The notes under the pieces were generated by a model. That model was not told where the DNA came from. It did not search any database and worked only from the letters and a program-made list of their open reading frames with translations. DNA of 63,702 bases, counting the filler, from Octopus bimaculoides (Eukaryota), in NCBI RefSeq assembly GCF_001194135.2. It is 4 parts of 4 records of this genome, joined end to end, with 100 filler letters (N's around TTAATTAATTAA, not from the genome) between each part and the next. Parts side by side here need not be neighbours in the genome. Positions count along the whole stretch, not along the records: positions 24,397 to 48,444 come from NC_068983.1; positions 48,545 to 52,493 come from NW_026396969.1; 2 more parts are not named here. One strand, written 5' to 3'. Below are positions 35,472 through 49,370 of the stretch, piece by piece (the stretch's first letter is position 1; every line of letters begins with the position of its first letter). Position numbers and translations under genes: made by a program.

Positions 35472-36907
35472 TATGTATGCAGATTTTTGTGCATATATAT
35501 ATATACACACACACACACATGAGTAAGTAGACAAATGCTTGAAAGTGGCACTTAATATATTTGGTAGGTGTTGCATATATAATTCAATAACAGTTTGACT
35601 CATCAACATGCATCTTAAAGTTTTGTAGGCTTGTAGAACAAACCTGTCTCATCAAGCATCTAGAGAAAAATCTCTACTAGATACCTGATGATCTGTGTCG
35701 CACACACACACACATACACACACGTGCACACATACACATTCAAACACATGTGTTTGAGTATATTACAATGTATATGTGTTTTATTGCGTTTCTCCTATTC
35801 TTTGACTGCTTGTATTGTTTTCTCCCTGTCTTCATAATAAAAAGGTTTCGCAAGTGGCAAGCATGTGCATGTATGTGCATGTGTATGTGTGTGTGTGTGT
35901 ATGTGTGTGTATTAAATATGTAATTAATTAAAAGGCATACAAAGCAGCAAAGATAAACATAAAGCAGTTTACGTTTATATTGATAAAGCTCATGACATCA
36001 GATATAGAAAGAGGTTCAACTGCAACAACTGTCCAGGAAGAAATTTACTCCTTACAGACAATGTGTGTGAAAGCATACTATGCTGGGCAATGATCAGCCA
36101 CCTTAGGCTGTAGGACATAAGTTTCTTCATTCTTATGCTTCATTTGTTACAGAGACTGAATTTGTCATTTGTAGCCATTGTTATATGAAAACACAAATAA
36201 TAAATTTGCAGGTGTGTGCACAGCTTTATCAAGCTGGAATTAATAACATTAAAGCCATAAAGACATACAAAAGCAGCAATGATAAAAACAAAGCTGTGAA
36301 GCCATGTCAAATAGGAAGAGTCGGCAGTGAAAAATGGATGGATGTATATCTGTTGATGTCAACATATATTTTTTGTATATTTTTCTTGCTTCTGTTACTT
36401 GATTTGATCTCAAATGTCCTTCTCATTTTATTCTTTTTCTATTAGTTATATTTCTTTATCTTATTAATATTATTAGTGTCCAATATTGTTTTGTTATGTT
36501 GTTTCAATTAATTTTTTATAGATGATTTTAAAGTTTTCTATAATTTCCTTTGCAGCCATTATATTTATTTTCATTTTCATCGTTGGTGTTTTAGTTTGAA
36601 GCATATATTTATCAAAAATCATTGTTAGTTGTTTTGATATCAAAAATGATGTTTTCCTTATTTCATAAGCATATTCCTTCTTTTCAAATTCTTTTGTTTT
36701 TGTGGAAATGATATATTGTGTTGGGAACAAAAGATACTTTTTCTTTGGTTTTCTGAAGCATTTTGCCTGTTTTTCAAAATCTAGTTGTTGATTGTTTTTG
36801 CATGGAGCATATCTGTGTAGATGAATGTATGAGTGTGTACATGTTTGTCAATGTATTTTTATGAGCTTCATTGTGTGTTAGGAGGAAATATTGCATATGT
36901 GCATATA

Positions 36908-38119
36908 TTAGGTTGGAAAGAAATTCCTGTTGCATTTTTAACATGATCATTTGAGGCTACATTTTTTTATATTTACATTAAAATAAGCATTAATTTTCAC
37001 ATTCTAATATTCTTTTTCTGTTGCAAATTACTTTATACCTTAGTGTTTAAATTCATATCGATTTTACCCTTTTGAAATAAGTTTTGATCAGACCCGTATC
37101 AGGGACTGCATTCTGTAGGAAATTCAAAAGGGGTTCTTCAGCAATGGAAATGGCAAGAAATATTTGTTCTGTTTATGGAAATGAAGCTTTAAATGTCCAG
37201 ACATGCCAGCAATGATTTAACCAGTTTAACTTGGGAAATTTTTCTCTTAGATATTCCTCTCAATCTGAACAACAACATTCTATGTCAATATTGAGCTCCT
37301 GAAACTGTTGCTGAGGAAAATCCAAAGCAAACTGCACAAGAATTAGTAAAGCAATGCAATTCAAACCACACTATGATCATAAAACATCTTCCTGGACTAG
37401 GAAAAAATGTCTAAAATTGGTCAGTGGGTCCCTCATCATCTGGTTGCTTCTCAGTTTAATCAAAGGGTCACCTTCTGCTTGTCATTGAAGATTAGAATTT
37501 CTACCAAACATTCCTGGATAGAATCATCACAAATGATGAAAAGCAAGTTCTCTATAGAGATATATAACAAAAATGGTAATGGTTATAACATTCAATGAAA
37601 AAGGAGAGTCCTTCTCCAAAACAGGACTACATCTGAAAAAAGCTATGTCTGTGTTCATGAAGGGTGTTTTCTATAAGAGGTGTTAAAAGAAAATGAAAGT
37701 TAATGTTAAGAAGTATTGTGTCAATTGAAAGCTTGCATAAAAATTGACATAAAAATGGCCATACTTGGTCAGTTATAAAGGGCTGTAGCTCTCACACAAT
37801 AATGCATGATCGCATATTGCTTAAGTCACACTTCTGATCATCCTGTTCCTTCTAAACATTATCTTTCCGCATCATTTCAACATTATTTAGAGGGACAACA
37901 GTTTATTGAGAACAGGTGAAAAATGATTTTGAAAGTTTCTCTGCTTCAAAACTTGAAGAATTTTATGTCCAATGGATCAATAATTTACCAAATAGATGGG
38001 ATTATGTTATCAATAAGGAGAAGCAATATTATCTTGATTAAATACATCAAATTAAAACCAAAGAAGCATTTGTTTTCTTTCCCATCTTGAAATGCAACAG
38101 AACTTTCTTTCCAACCTAA
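36908..38119 (+). mobile_element. Near full-length degraded mariner transposon (1212 bp)
   Basis: TIRs ttaggttggaaagaaatt / actttctttccaacctaa with TA flanks. Decayed transposase: ARNICSVYGNEAL, WVPHHL (~37425), ITNDEK, LPNRWDYVI. Confidence 0.92.
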
Positions 38120-38435
38120 TATACATAGATCTAAATGTTAAAATTTGCCATATGTGTTTAGAGTTACACATATGTGTAAGTGTACATTCATACCTCACTC
38201 AAATCATGTCAGTCCAGTGTCAGTTGTAAGAATGCTCACTGTACCTTTCTGTGTCACTAGCTACTGGATGACTTTCGTCTGCTATTAATATATTTGTCTT
38301 TTCAAACACGTTTCATCCATAAGAGACACTATCTCTAGATGAATACCACAGTTAATTTGCCATATCACAATGCATTCATATTAAGTATGATAGACAGATG
38401 ACTATTTTAATCTAATACAGTTTCTGTTGTGCATA

Positions 38436-38470
<35 letters not shown>

Positions 38471-38523
38471 TACGCACATACATATTATGCTGTAGAATTA
38501 CTCAATGCATTTTGTGGAGTACA

Positions 38524-38638
38524 ATTACATTTTTACAAGAAGTATCTTTGAAGTTTCAGCCTGCTATCACTGTCTGACGAAGGCTAGCAGCCTGAAACTT
38601 CAAAGTCACTATTACCCCATCTTATTGTAAAAGTGTAA
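38524..38638. repeat. Short inverted duplication enclosing a hammerhead motif (PLE-like remnant)
   Basis: attacatttttacaag..ctttgaagtttcagcctgcta mirrors tagcagcctgaaacttcaaag..ttgtaaaagtgtaat; sits between (CA)n and (TA)n tracts. Confidence 0.75.
38572..38609 (+). ncRNA. Type-I hammerhead motif, family 3, with an intact core
   Basis: gt-CTGACGA-aggc-tagca-gcct-GAAAC-ttcaaa-GTC-ac: canonical core, 4-bp stem II, GUC site; only 2 bp of stem I pair in this copy. Confidence 0.65.
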
Positions 38639-38698
38639 TACATGCATACATATACATATATACATATATACATACATACATAAATGCATACAAACAAT

Positions 38699-38792
<94 letters not shown>

Positions 38793-40094
38793 ATATATAT
38801 ATATGTATATGTATATATATGTGAGTGTGTGTATATATATATATATATTGAATATGGCTTACATCATTATGGGCATCTTCATGGTTTCAGTATCCTATTC
38901 TCTGATTTGTATTGAGTTGGAAGGCTTTGCAGAATGGCAATTCACCAATTTTCATGATCTTGTGTCATCTATGAACCCATACTTCTCAACTCTGACCGCA
39001 TCACTTTTCTCTTTTTTCTGCCCTTCTCTTCTTCTGCTTCTGGTAAACTCTAACTCTTCAGAACAAATACAGTTTTTTTTTTTCCATGCAGCAAATTCTA
39101 TCCATTCTTATATAAGTCTTTACAAATGCTGTAAATTCTCTTTCATACTTTCACCAATGCTTACAACTTGTGACATACTATTGTACTTTACTTTCAACAG
39201 ATCATATTCAACTATTTTCTCTCAAGCCATTCAATGGTCTTTGCATTGAATATCCTTATCTCACTAACTTGCGATATCATATTTTGTTTACATATTACAT
39301 GTCACATTTATTCTTTCATTGATAGAGTCCTCCTTAGTTGTGCACCTGCCCAAAATGTACCAACGTCTTGAATTTCTGGTACAATTTTCCAGCACAGTCT
39401 GTTATATTTTTTCCCCCACCAACCATTTACAGTTTTAACTATGCCAGCTAGTTCTATTAAAAACTATTGATTACTTCTATAAACTTCATTTGAGCAGTTC
39501 AAATCATGTATGTTTCAACTGTTAATAATTCCAATCTATGTAATGTCTTGTGTCCTTATAAATCTATTATAGGCCCATGTTACCTCATAAAATGCTGACG
39601 TTTAGCACATTGTATTTAGCTCCTATTAATCCCATTTCAATATATTGAACTAAGCCAATGAGGGAGCCTCCACATACTTGTTAGAAATAAAAACCAAATA
39701 CTTCTCAAATCAAACACTTCACCCTCTTAAAAAAACAAGAAAGGATACTTTAACAAATGTAGACTTGGTTACTCCTAAAAGAACTGGATGGTCATATCTG
39801 GAATATTTTCAATTATAAGTATGCTTGGTCAGAGTTGACTACAATATACTGAACGAAACTGTATCCTAAATGGTTCCAGGTTTTGAATCTTCTCTTTTGA
39901 GTATTTTCGCTTTCTAGTCTGGACAACCACTTAAAAAGCTGTTGTATTTCATCCCATCAATACACTTGTACTTTCAGTTCAGTTGTTGTAATACTTTTAA
40001 ACTTGTTTTTTTACTGAATTCAGAATTTAGAATTATCAAAATTAATTTGAATTATGTGGTATCTTTCGAAGGCTGTTATGCTAATAATAAACAC

Positions 40095-40315
40095 ATGCAT
40101 TGGTGCTGGTGTCAAGTAAAGGGCACCCAGTACTCTATGTAAAGTGATTGGTATGAAGAAGAGCATCCAGCTATAGAAACCATACCAAAACAGATAATAG
40201 AGCTGGGCACAGTTCTTCAGCTTGCTAACTCTTGTTAAACTATCCAACCCATGCCAGCATAGAAAACAAACATTAAATGGTGATGATGATGATAATGATG
40301 ATGATGTTTGACTGG
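40095..40315 (+). mobile_element. RTE-type 3' tail fragment with (GAT)n
   Basis: ..gaagagcatccagctatagaaacc..ccaacccatgccagcat..attaaatggtgatgatgat; homologous to 21480-21640. Confidence 0.7.
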
Positions 40316-41140
40316 TTCTGTTCACTTTTTTGTCATTCATTTGTCAAGTGGTTAACCATTCAATCACTCAACTAATAAATTGTTTGGTTAATCATTTAGC
40401 TAATTAGTCAATCAATCAGTTAGGTTTATCAATGCCTTTCGTTGTCATTCACAATCCCATCAATGACACATGCTCCCTATACTATGTCTACTTCAGGTCT
40501 GTAATAAAATTATAAAGTTTGGAAATTGATGAAATCGTTAAAGCATTGGATAAAGTACCACCTGGTATTTGTGCCAAATCTCTGCACTTTGAGTTCAAAT
40601 CCTGCCGAGGTTAACTTTGCCCTTCATCTTATGAGGGTTGAAAAAAACCTGCAGTGAGTTGACAGAATTGTTCGAGGATTGAGAAAGCTGCCTTGCTAAA
40701 TATGTTCTAGTTCTTTGCATTCTGATAATCACACCCATGATGACTCTGGTGCCAAAGTATTTCAACCCCAGTTAGTAACCATTTCCTTGGATAAAAACTG
40801 GTGGCATGGAAGGTAAAATCTTACCCTGGATGGGCAGCTGCTAATTTTTCTCAAAGCAAATTTTGCTCAGGGCAGTATGTGGTTGATTTTGACAATAAGA
40901 AGCTGCCATTTGAATTCTTAGTCTTTATACCATTTGCTATCTTCCTTTCTCTCCTCATATTTTTGGCTTCGTTCAGTGATAGAGTTTCCGATACTGGACA
41001 ACAATAGTTTCTTGAGTTGAGAAAGAGACATAATGATTATGAGTTACTCATAGCGAATACATTCTATATGATATCGAAGAGAAAACGCATATCACGTTGA
41101 AGAAATATTACACACACACACACACACACACATATATGTG

Positions 41141-41181
<41 letters not shown>

Positions 41182-41656
41182 NNNNNNNNNNNNNNNNNNN
41201 NNNNNNNNNNNNNNNNNNNNNNNNNNNNNNNNNNNNNNNNNNNNNNNNNNNNNNNNNNNNNNNNNNNNNNNNNNNNNNNNNNNNNNNNNNNNNNNNNNNN
41301 NNNNNNNNNNNNNNNNNNNNNNNNNNNNNNNNNNNNNNNNNNNNNNNNNNNNNNNNNNNNNNNNNNNNNNNNNNNNNNNNNNNNNNNNNNNNNNNNNNNN
41401 NNNNNNNNNNNNNNNNNNNNNNNNNNNNNNNNNNNNNNNNNNNNNNNNNNNNNNNNNNNNNNNNNNNNNNNNNNNNNNNNNNNNNNNNNNNNNNNNNNNN
41501 NNNNNNNNNNNNNNNNNNNNNNNNNNNNNNNNNNNNNNNNNNNNNNNNNNNNNNNNNNNNNNNNNNNNNNNNNNNNNNNNNNNNNNNNNNNNNNNNNNNN
41601 NNNNNNNNNNNNNNNNNNNNNNNNNNNNNNNNNNNNNNNNNNNNNNNNNNNNNNNN

Positions 41657-41696
<40 letters not shown>

Positions 41697-42708
41697 GCAC
41701 ACATCGATAGGCAAATAGTTAGAAAGATACAAATATCGCATATCATATGCCTTGCACAAAACCATTTTTCATATAATGTTCCTATATTCTGAAGAAGCTC
41801 TTGGTTTTCTCCTCATATCATAATGTCTGTGCATCTTCTTCTGAGACAACAAATAAGTCTTTTTTTGTTTTTGTTTGTTTGTTTGTTTGTTTCTCTTTAT
41901 CTCTTTTCTCTTTTCTGAAGACACTCTCTCCTTCTTGTCATTATCTTATATTACTTCATCTGTCTTTAACCGCCAAGCTATCCAAGAATTTCATTGGATC
42001 AATTAAAACAACAACAACAGCAGAAGCAGCAGCAGCAGCAGCAACAACAACATCAACAACAACAGCAGCAGCAGCAACAACATAATGGCATGTCTATCAT
42101 TAGAAACGTTGTATCACTGTGGTCATCACATCAATTCATTGCACCCACAGATAGATTCAGTCAGTGAAATATACTACTACTACTACTACTGCTGCTGGTG
42201 CTGCTGCTGCTGGTGCACCACAGATATCTTTTCAACAAAAACAGCAACCTTGGATGTGCAACCACTACCTTTTGTATTGATGTGCCAATCCTGTAGCTAA
42301 AATAAAATGTTCATATATATATCAACAGTCATCACCACCACCACCACCACCACCACCACCGCCGCCNNNNNNNNNNNNNNNNNNNNNNNNNNNNNNNNNN
42401 NNNNNNNNNNNNNNNNNNNNNNNNNNNNNNNNNNNNNNNNNNNNNNNNNNNNNNNNNNNNNNNNNNNNNNNNNNNNNNNNNNNNNNNNNNNNNNNNNNNN
42501 NNNNNNNNNNNNNNNNNNNNNNNNNNNNNNNNNCACTGGTATCTTCAGTTCTATAAATCATGCTTCGCTTTATTTTTTTTTTTGTCTTCTTTATCTTTGA
42601 TTTTTTCCCAAACATGGTTGATCTTTTACCAATATGGTTGCAAATCGAAACTTATATGTCAGAGAAAGAAAGCTGAAAAACAAAATTATTTTGTATGGAA
42701 CGTGTGTG

Positions 42709-42742
<34 letters not shown>

Positions 42743-44067
42743 GAGGAGGGGGTTGGGGTACGCGCGTGTGTGATAGCAAAACAATTATTACATCTTGATA
42801 TTATGCGTTGATGAAATAAATCAGACTGGATCTATTTTCAAGCTAGTATGGCTGTCTATAGTGACTGCCATGTGTCTCAGTGTCTACAAATTTACTTGAT
42901 AAATTGACAGTTGGAAACGCTATTTTCGTTATTAAACATTCTAACTGCTGCAAGACATTATCCACTTATAGATATAATCGCCACATCCAGATATAGATAA
43001 AGGTAATTTATTTGTAGCAATAAACACTATTTTCTTACTTTTTTTATTTTATTAACCTTTTATTTTTTTTTCTGATTTTAGTCATTGAATACTGGTGATG
43101 CAATGATGAGACTTATCTTTTTCTTTCTACAATAATTATCTTCTCCTTATATTGGATAGCTTAACCTGGCATTTCTCAGATTTGGGTTCTAAAACCCCCA
43201 AAGTTTCCATGATAAAGTTTAGAGGTTTTGTGAGATAAAATGTCTTATTTTAGTAAAATTTGATAAAAATATAGTCTTCACCATCTTTAAAAAAATAAAT
43301 TCTGTCCCTGAAACAATGTCTCTGTCATTTAATGTTTCATTAAAATTAGTTTTTGAAATATAGAAAATGCATCCAAAAAACATTGTCTTTAAAATACCAA
43401 TATGGGTTCCATAATTTGGTAAAAATCATATACAGTTCCATAACAAAATGAATTTAAGAGTCACTAATTTATTCTATGCCTGACAGATAAGGTCATAATA
43501 AGGCTGAAATATGTCCACATTTACCTCCAATATTTGGCAAAATAATTACAATATTTATCATTGACTAATTACCTAATTAATATTATTTTAGTAATTTGCT
43601 CACCATGTAATTATATGTCATTAACTTTTTAATGCTTCTGTATGGAATATGTTAATATTAAGACTTAGTAGTTTTTAGTTATTTAAACACTGATATGATA
43701 GTCTTGCAAGTGAGGAATATTATTTTCACTTTTAGTTAGTAAATGTTATATGATTTGCAAGTATTTACTTAAAAGAAGAGAAAATTCTAAATTATATATA
43801 TTAGTTTTTTTTTACATGAAAAAGATTAAGATGTCCAAAAAGTAATTAAATCTTGGATTTTAAGTATTGAAGAAATTACAACAATATAACTACATTTTGT
43901 AATACATTTAGCAAAATAGATTTATTGCAAAAAGGGAATAAAAAAAAAACAACAAAAACAAATGAAGAATTTGTAAATATAATTTTCTAATAATCTTAAT
44001 AAATAGATGGGAATGAATATGCATGTATACAAACACCTACTTATACACATTCACATACATACTCAAA

Positions 44068-44098
<31 letters not shown>

Positions 44099-44100
44099 TA

Positions 44101-44146
<46 letters not shown>

Positions 44147-44225
44147 CCTGATTATAAAAGTTCAGATTATGAATTAACTGTATTCCAGAGATTTTTAATG
44201 ATCAATAGTAATAATAATGATGATG

Positions 44226-44307
<82 letters not shown>

Positions 44308-44324
44308 TGATGATTGTTACAGAT

Positions 44325-45472
<1,148 letters not shown>

Positions 45473-45477
45473 TTATC

Positions 45478-45520
<43 letters not shown>

Positions 45521-47019
45521 TAATAATAATGTTTAGATATTAGTCAAATACTGGGATCAGTGACTGATGATAGAAATTCCTTTTATTATTATTAAAATTT
45601 CTTTATTTGGGAAAAGAAAATCCCCAATATAGAATATTTAAATATGCTAATGGCAAAAAAAATAAGGTGTAGAGATGTACATAAAAACAATGCCATCACT
45701 ATTATTATTAGTGTATACAAAAAAAGAAATTATTATTATTATTATTATTTTTATAAAATTATTCATGGAAGTCATTTTAATGATTTTATTCATATGGCCC
45801 GTTATTTTTCTGAACAGTGTTCGGTTCAGTGTTGAATTGTGAAGATATCATGTCTCCTTATTGTCATGTCTCTCAATTGTAGATTAAAAGTTAAAGTTTT
45901 TAACGTCAACCTGCCTGAGTTAAATGATTCTGTAATTTAAAATTTCTCATTTTAACGTGAGTATATTAAAATTAAAACCTTCTGTCAAAATTTTACATAA
46001 AATAATTTGTGCTAAGATTTGATTCAGTCACCATTTCAATACTGTAAAAAATATTATTTCATTAAATTTTGTTAAATACTTGATTATTCTAAAAATTAAT
46101 TTTTTAAACATATACAGCAGTGTATTTTATTAGAAGTGTGGTTGCATAAGTGTTAACTGTCATTAGTAGAAAAGTAATGTGTATGTCATTTGTATGCTGT
46201 TATCAGTCAGCCTTGGATTATTATGGCTATTACAGCTATTACAGCTACCGCATTACGTAACTGGTGCATTCCTTACTCTCTTCTGTTCCAGCATGAAGCA
46301 CATAAGATGAACCTTTAACCATTAATGCCAACTGGTTTATTCTCCAACTAACAACCGACCAGCAATTTTTCACTTGCTCTGAAACAACCACGTTTGTACA
46401 CCTTTTACTACAAATTAATGTGTAAAAACAATAAGAGTCTATAAGACTAGTTTTTAAACATCAAATAGCTATGGGAATCCACCAAAATAAATTAATAATC
46501 AAAGGGGTTCATAGATAAAAAAAAAAATGATTAAAAACCCTGGCATAAAGGATTAGGTATTAGAAATTGGCTGTATTTAAATTGTGGTCTTTTAGCATGT
46601 TTGCATAACATAAACGAAATCAAGCAAACTAGTCACAAAAGTCTGCAAGAATCCCTCAATCCAGACTCAAAAAGGGAAATATAAAATAAATAGAGCATTA
46701 TAACAGTTTAGCATACTTTCTTTTTGATTCATTATATTAAATTTGTTCGCAATGGCTTTACTATATTCTTTTCATGCAGAAGGTGTCTCTACAAAATTTA
46801 CATTTATGCTTATATTATGCAGATATAAAAAAAACGTTAGTGACAGGTATTCCTAAATGAAACTACTGCCAGATATAATTTATATGAAAATATTAAAATT
46901 ATAATTAAATGAAAAAAAATAAATAAATAAAAGTAATTAGGCAAATTACATTTCTAAGTACAACTAAACAAGTTTGCATAGTTTAGTAATAACATCTAAT
47001 TGAATAATGCTAAAGTATG

Positions 47020-47063
<44 letters not shown>

Positions 47064-48149
47064 NNNNNNNNNNNNNNNNNNNNNNNNNNNNNNNNNNNNN
47101 NNNNNNNNNNNNNNNNNNNNNNNNNNNNNNNNNNNNNNNNNNNNNNNNNNNNNNNNNNNNNNNNNNNNNNNATATATATATATATATATATATAGAAAGA
47201 GAGAGAGAGGGGGGGGGGAGATAGATGTATACATACATGTGTATGTATGTGTGTATACACACACATACAAATATGTGTGTGTGTGTGCATGTGTGTATGT
47301 ATGTATGTATCAATCCATCCATGTATGTATGTATGTATGTATGTATGTATGTATGCATGTATACATATACTACTGAATGAAATATTGTGAATTAAGATAG
47401 TGCCATATTCTCAGCGCAAATGCTTGAGTGCTACTTTAGATAATCTCCAAAGATTAACATTGCTCAATATTTATAATGTATGCCAGATGTCAATTATTTT
47501 TTTTATATATTTATTTTTTGTTTGGCAATAAATTTAATTAATTAAACTGAATTTACTCCAGAGAAATATATGGTTAATATATATATGTATGCATATTCAA
47601 GGTGTGCTATAAATACACCTACTACATAATTGATGTTTCAAATTTTCTGCAAATATTCTTAAAAAAAAACAGGTCAGAAACACTTTAAACATAAGCAATA
47701 CTTCTTTGTAAGTTATTATATGTTTGCTCTCTTCTTCTTCACACAAACCTACTCTTTAAAATATTCAAATAATCTTCAACCCACTTCTATTGTGCAACAG
47801 TTGAGAACAAAAGGAGCACTCAGCCAGCAAATAACTTGTTTTTTATAACATTTTCCAAACTAATACATGAAATCTTGCAGGATTCATTATTGTTCTGTAG
47901 TCTTATGTTTATTACTTTTATTTATTTTTGTATGTTTGTGTGTGTGTGTGTGTGTGTGTGGTTTTGCTTTCTTTTTGTTCTTAATTCAAGTATAATAGTT
48001 ATATCGTAATACTCCACTGTTATGTGTGTCTCTCTCTCTGCATATATTGTATTTAGTTATATATATATGTGTTTGTGAGTGTGTATATATGTATATATAT
48101 ATGTGTATATATGTGTATATATGTGTATATATGTATATATATGTATATA

Positions 48150-48395
48150 TAAAGTGTAGTATATTGCCACTTAAGTGTGGCTGACCCCTAGGGGTGGATG
48201 TTACTGTTGCTTTTAGCCCCAGGAGGACATCTCCTCCAGCTGGCTTATCGACACACGACTGTGTCCTGTTTGCCAAGGGAGTTATCCCTCTCACCACGAC
48301 CAGCAGCACGAACGTATCCGGATTTCAGGGTTATTTCCCTTCTTCGGCATTCGACAGCTGATGACCACACTTAAGTGGCAATATACTACACTTTA
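48150..48395 (-). mobile_element. 246-bp element with perfect 31-bp terminal inverted repeats and an internal hammerhead motif
   Basis: taaagtgtagtatattgccacttaagtgtgg (48150-80) / ccacacttaagtggcaatatactacacttta (48365-95); adjoins a (TA)/(TG) microsatellite; CpGs intact. Confidence 0.8.
48309..48353 (-). ncRNA. Minimal type-I hammerhead motif, family 4
   Basis: cgaatg-CCGAAGA-aggg-aaataa-ccct-GAAA-tccgga-TA-cgttcg: 6-bp stem I, 4-bp stem II, palindromic stem III ATCCGGAT. The only core deviation is U4 to C. Confidence 0.7.
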
Positions 48396-48444
48396 TCGTG
48401 CAGTTACTGTTAATACTTCATTTAGAGAATTAACATTGCTTGTT

Positions 48445-48544
48445 NNNNNNNNNNNNNNNNNNNNNNNNNNNNNNNNNNNNNNNNNNNNTTAATTAATTAA
48501 NNNNNNNNNNNNNNNNNNNNNNNNNNNNNNNNNNNNNNNNNNNN
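48445..48544. other. Assembly spacer: 44 N + TTAATTAATTAA + 44 N
   Basis: Same layout as 24297-24396. Confidence 0.95.
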
Positions 48545-48799
48545 CATCCAGTAAAAGAAATCCTTATGATGAGTCATGAATCTAGAAGTATGTTATGTGT
48601 ACCTGACTGTATTACATTTTGTACTCTGTGTAGTTGAAATCATTCTGGTATCATATCTATTCGTATTTTAATTGGTCCAGGTGTATATTACTGGTATTGT
48701 TTCATATTTCAATCTCCACTTTCTAGCTGTTTCTAAATGTTGATACTTTATAAGTATTAATTAGAGGAGGAGAGACCTCACACTATTTCAGGCATTGTC

Positions 48800-49100
48800 A
48801 TGTGATGATACCAAGCAACTGAAATGGAGATCCTCTAAAGGGTCCCTAAAGTAATGTTACTCAAAAGGATGCACACTGCTCAGAAATCTGGGAGTTTCTC
48901 CAGGCTGGGCCACTAAATCTCCACAGCTCTGGTTCTACAGATATCAAATTAGAATGTTGCAGGAAAGAGCTGCAAAATAGATTCATCAAGTTGAGCCAAG
49001 TGGCAGGAGACTTAGGGTTAGACTGAGAACTAGGTGGTTGGATAATATCTACAGCCTTAAATGGTCATGGTTGTGAATCTAGTCGCCAAGTCTAATGATA
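48800..49100 (+). mobile_element. RTE (Rex3/Expander-like) LINE 3' ORF fragment
   Basis: IRMLQERAAK..QVEPSGRRLRVRLRTRWLDNIYSLKWSWL resembles GRRPRGRPRTRW.D.I..L.W..LGI. Confidence 0.55.
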
Positions 49101-49370
49101 NNNNNNNNNNNNNNNNNNNNNNNNNNNNNNNNNNNNNNNNNNNNNNNNNNNNNNNNNNNNNNNNNNNNNNNNNNNNNNNNNNNNNNNNNNNNNNNNNNNN
49201 NNNNNNNNNNNNNNNNNNNNNNNNNNNNNNNNNNNNNNNNNNNNNNNNNNNNNNNNNNNNNNNNNNNNNNNNNNNNNNNNNNNNNNNNNNNNNNNNNNNN
49301 NNNNNNNNNNNNNNNNNNNNNNNNNNNNNNNNNNNNNNNNNNNNNNNNNNNNNNNNNNNNNNNNNNNNNN

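Noticed and set aside
35683-35760. CTGATGA followed by (CA)n and the 18-bp palindrome tcaaacacatgtgtttga
   Set aside because: No GAAA core and no stem II; not supportable as a ribozyme.
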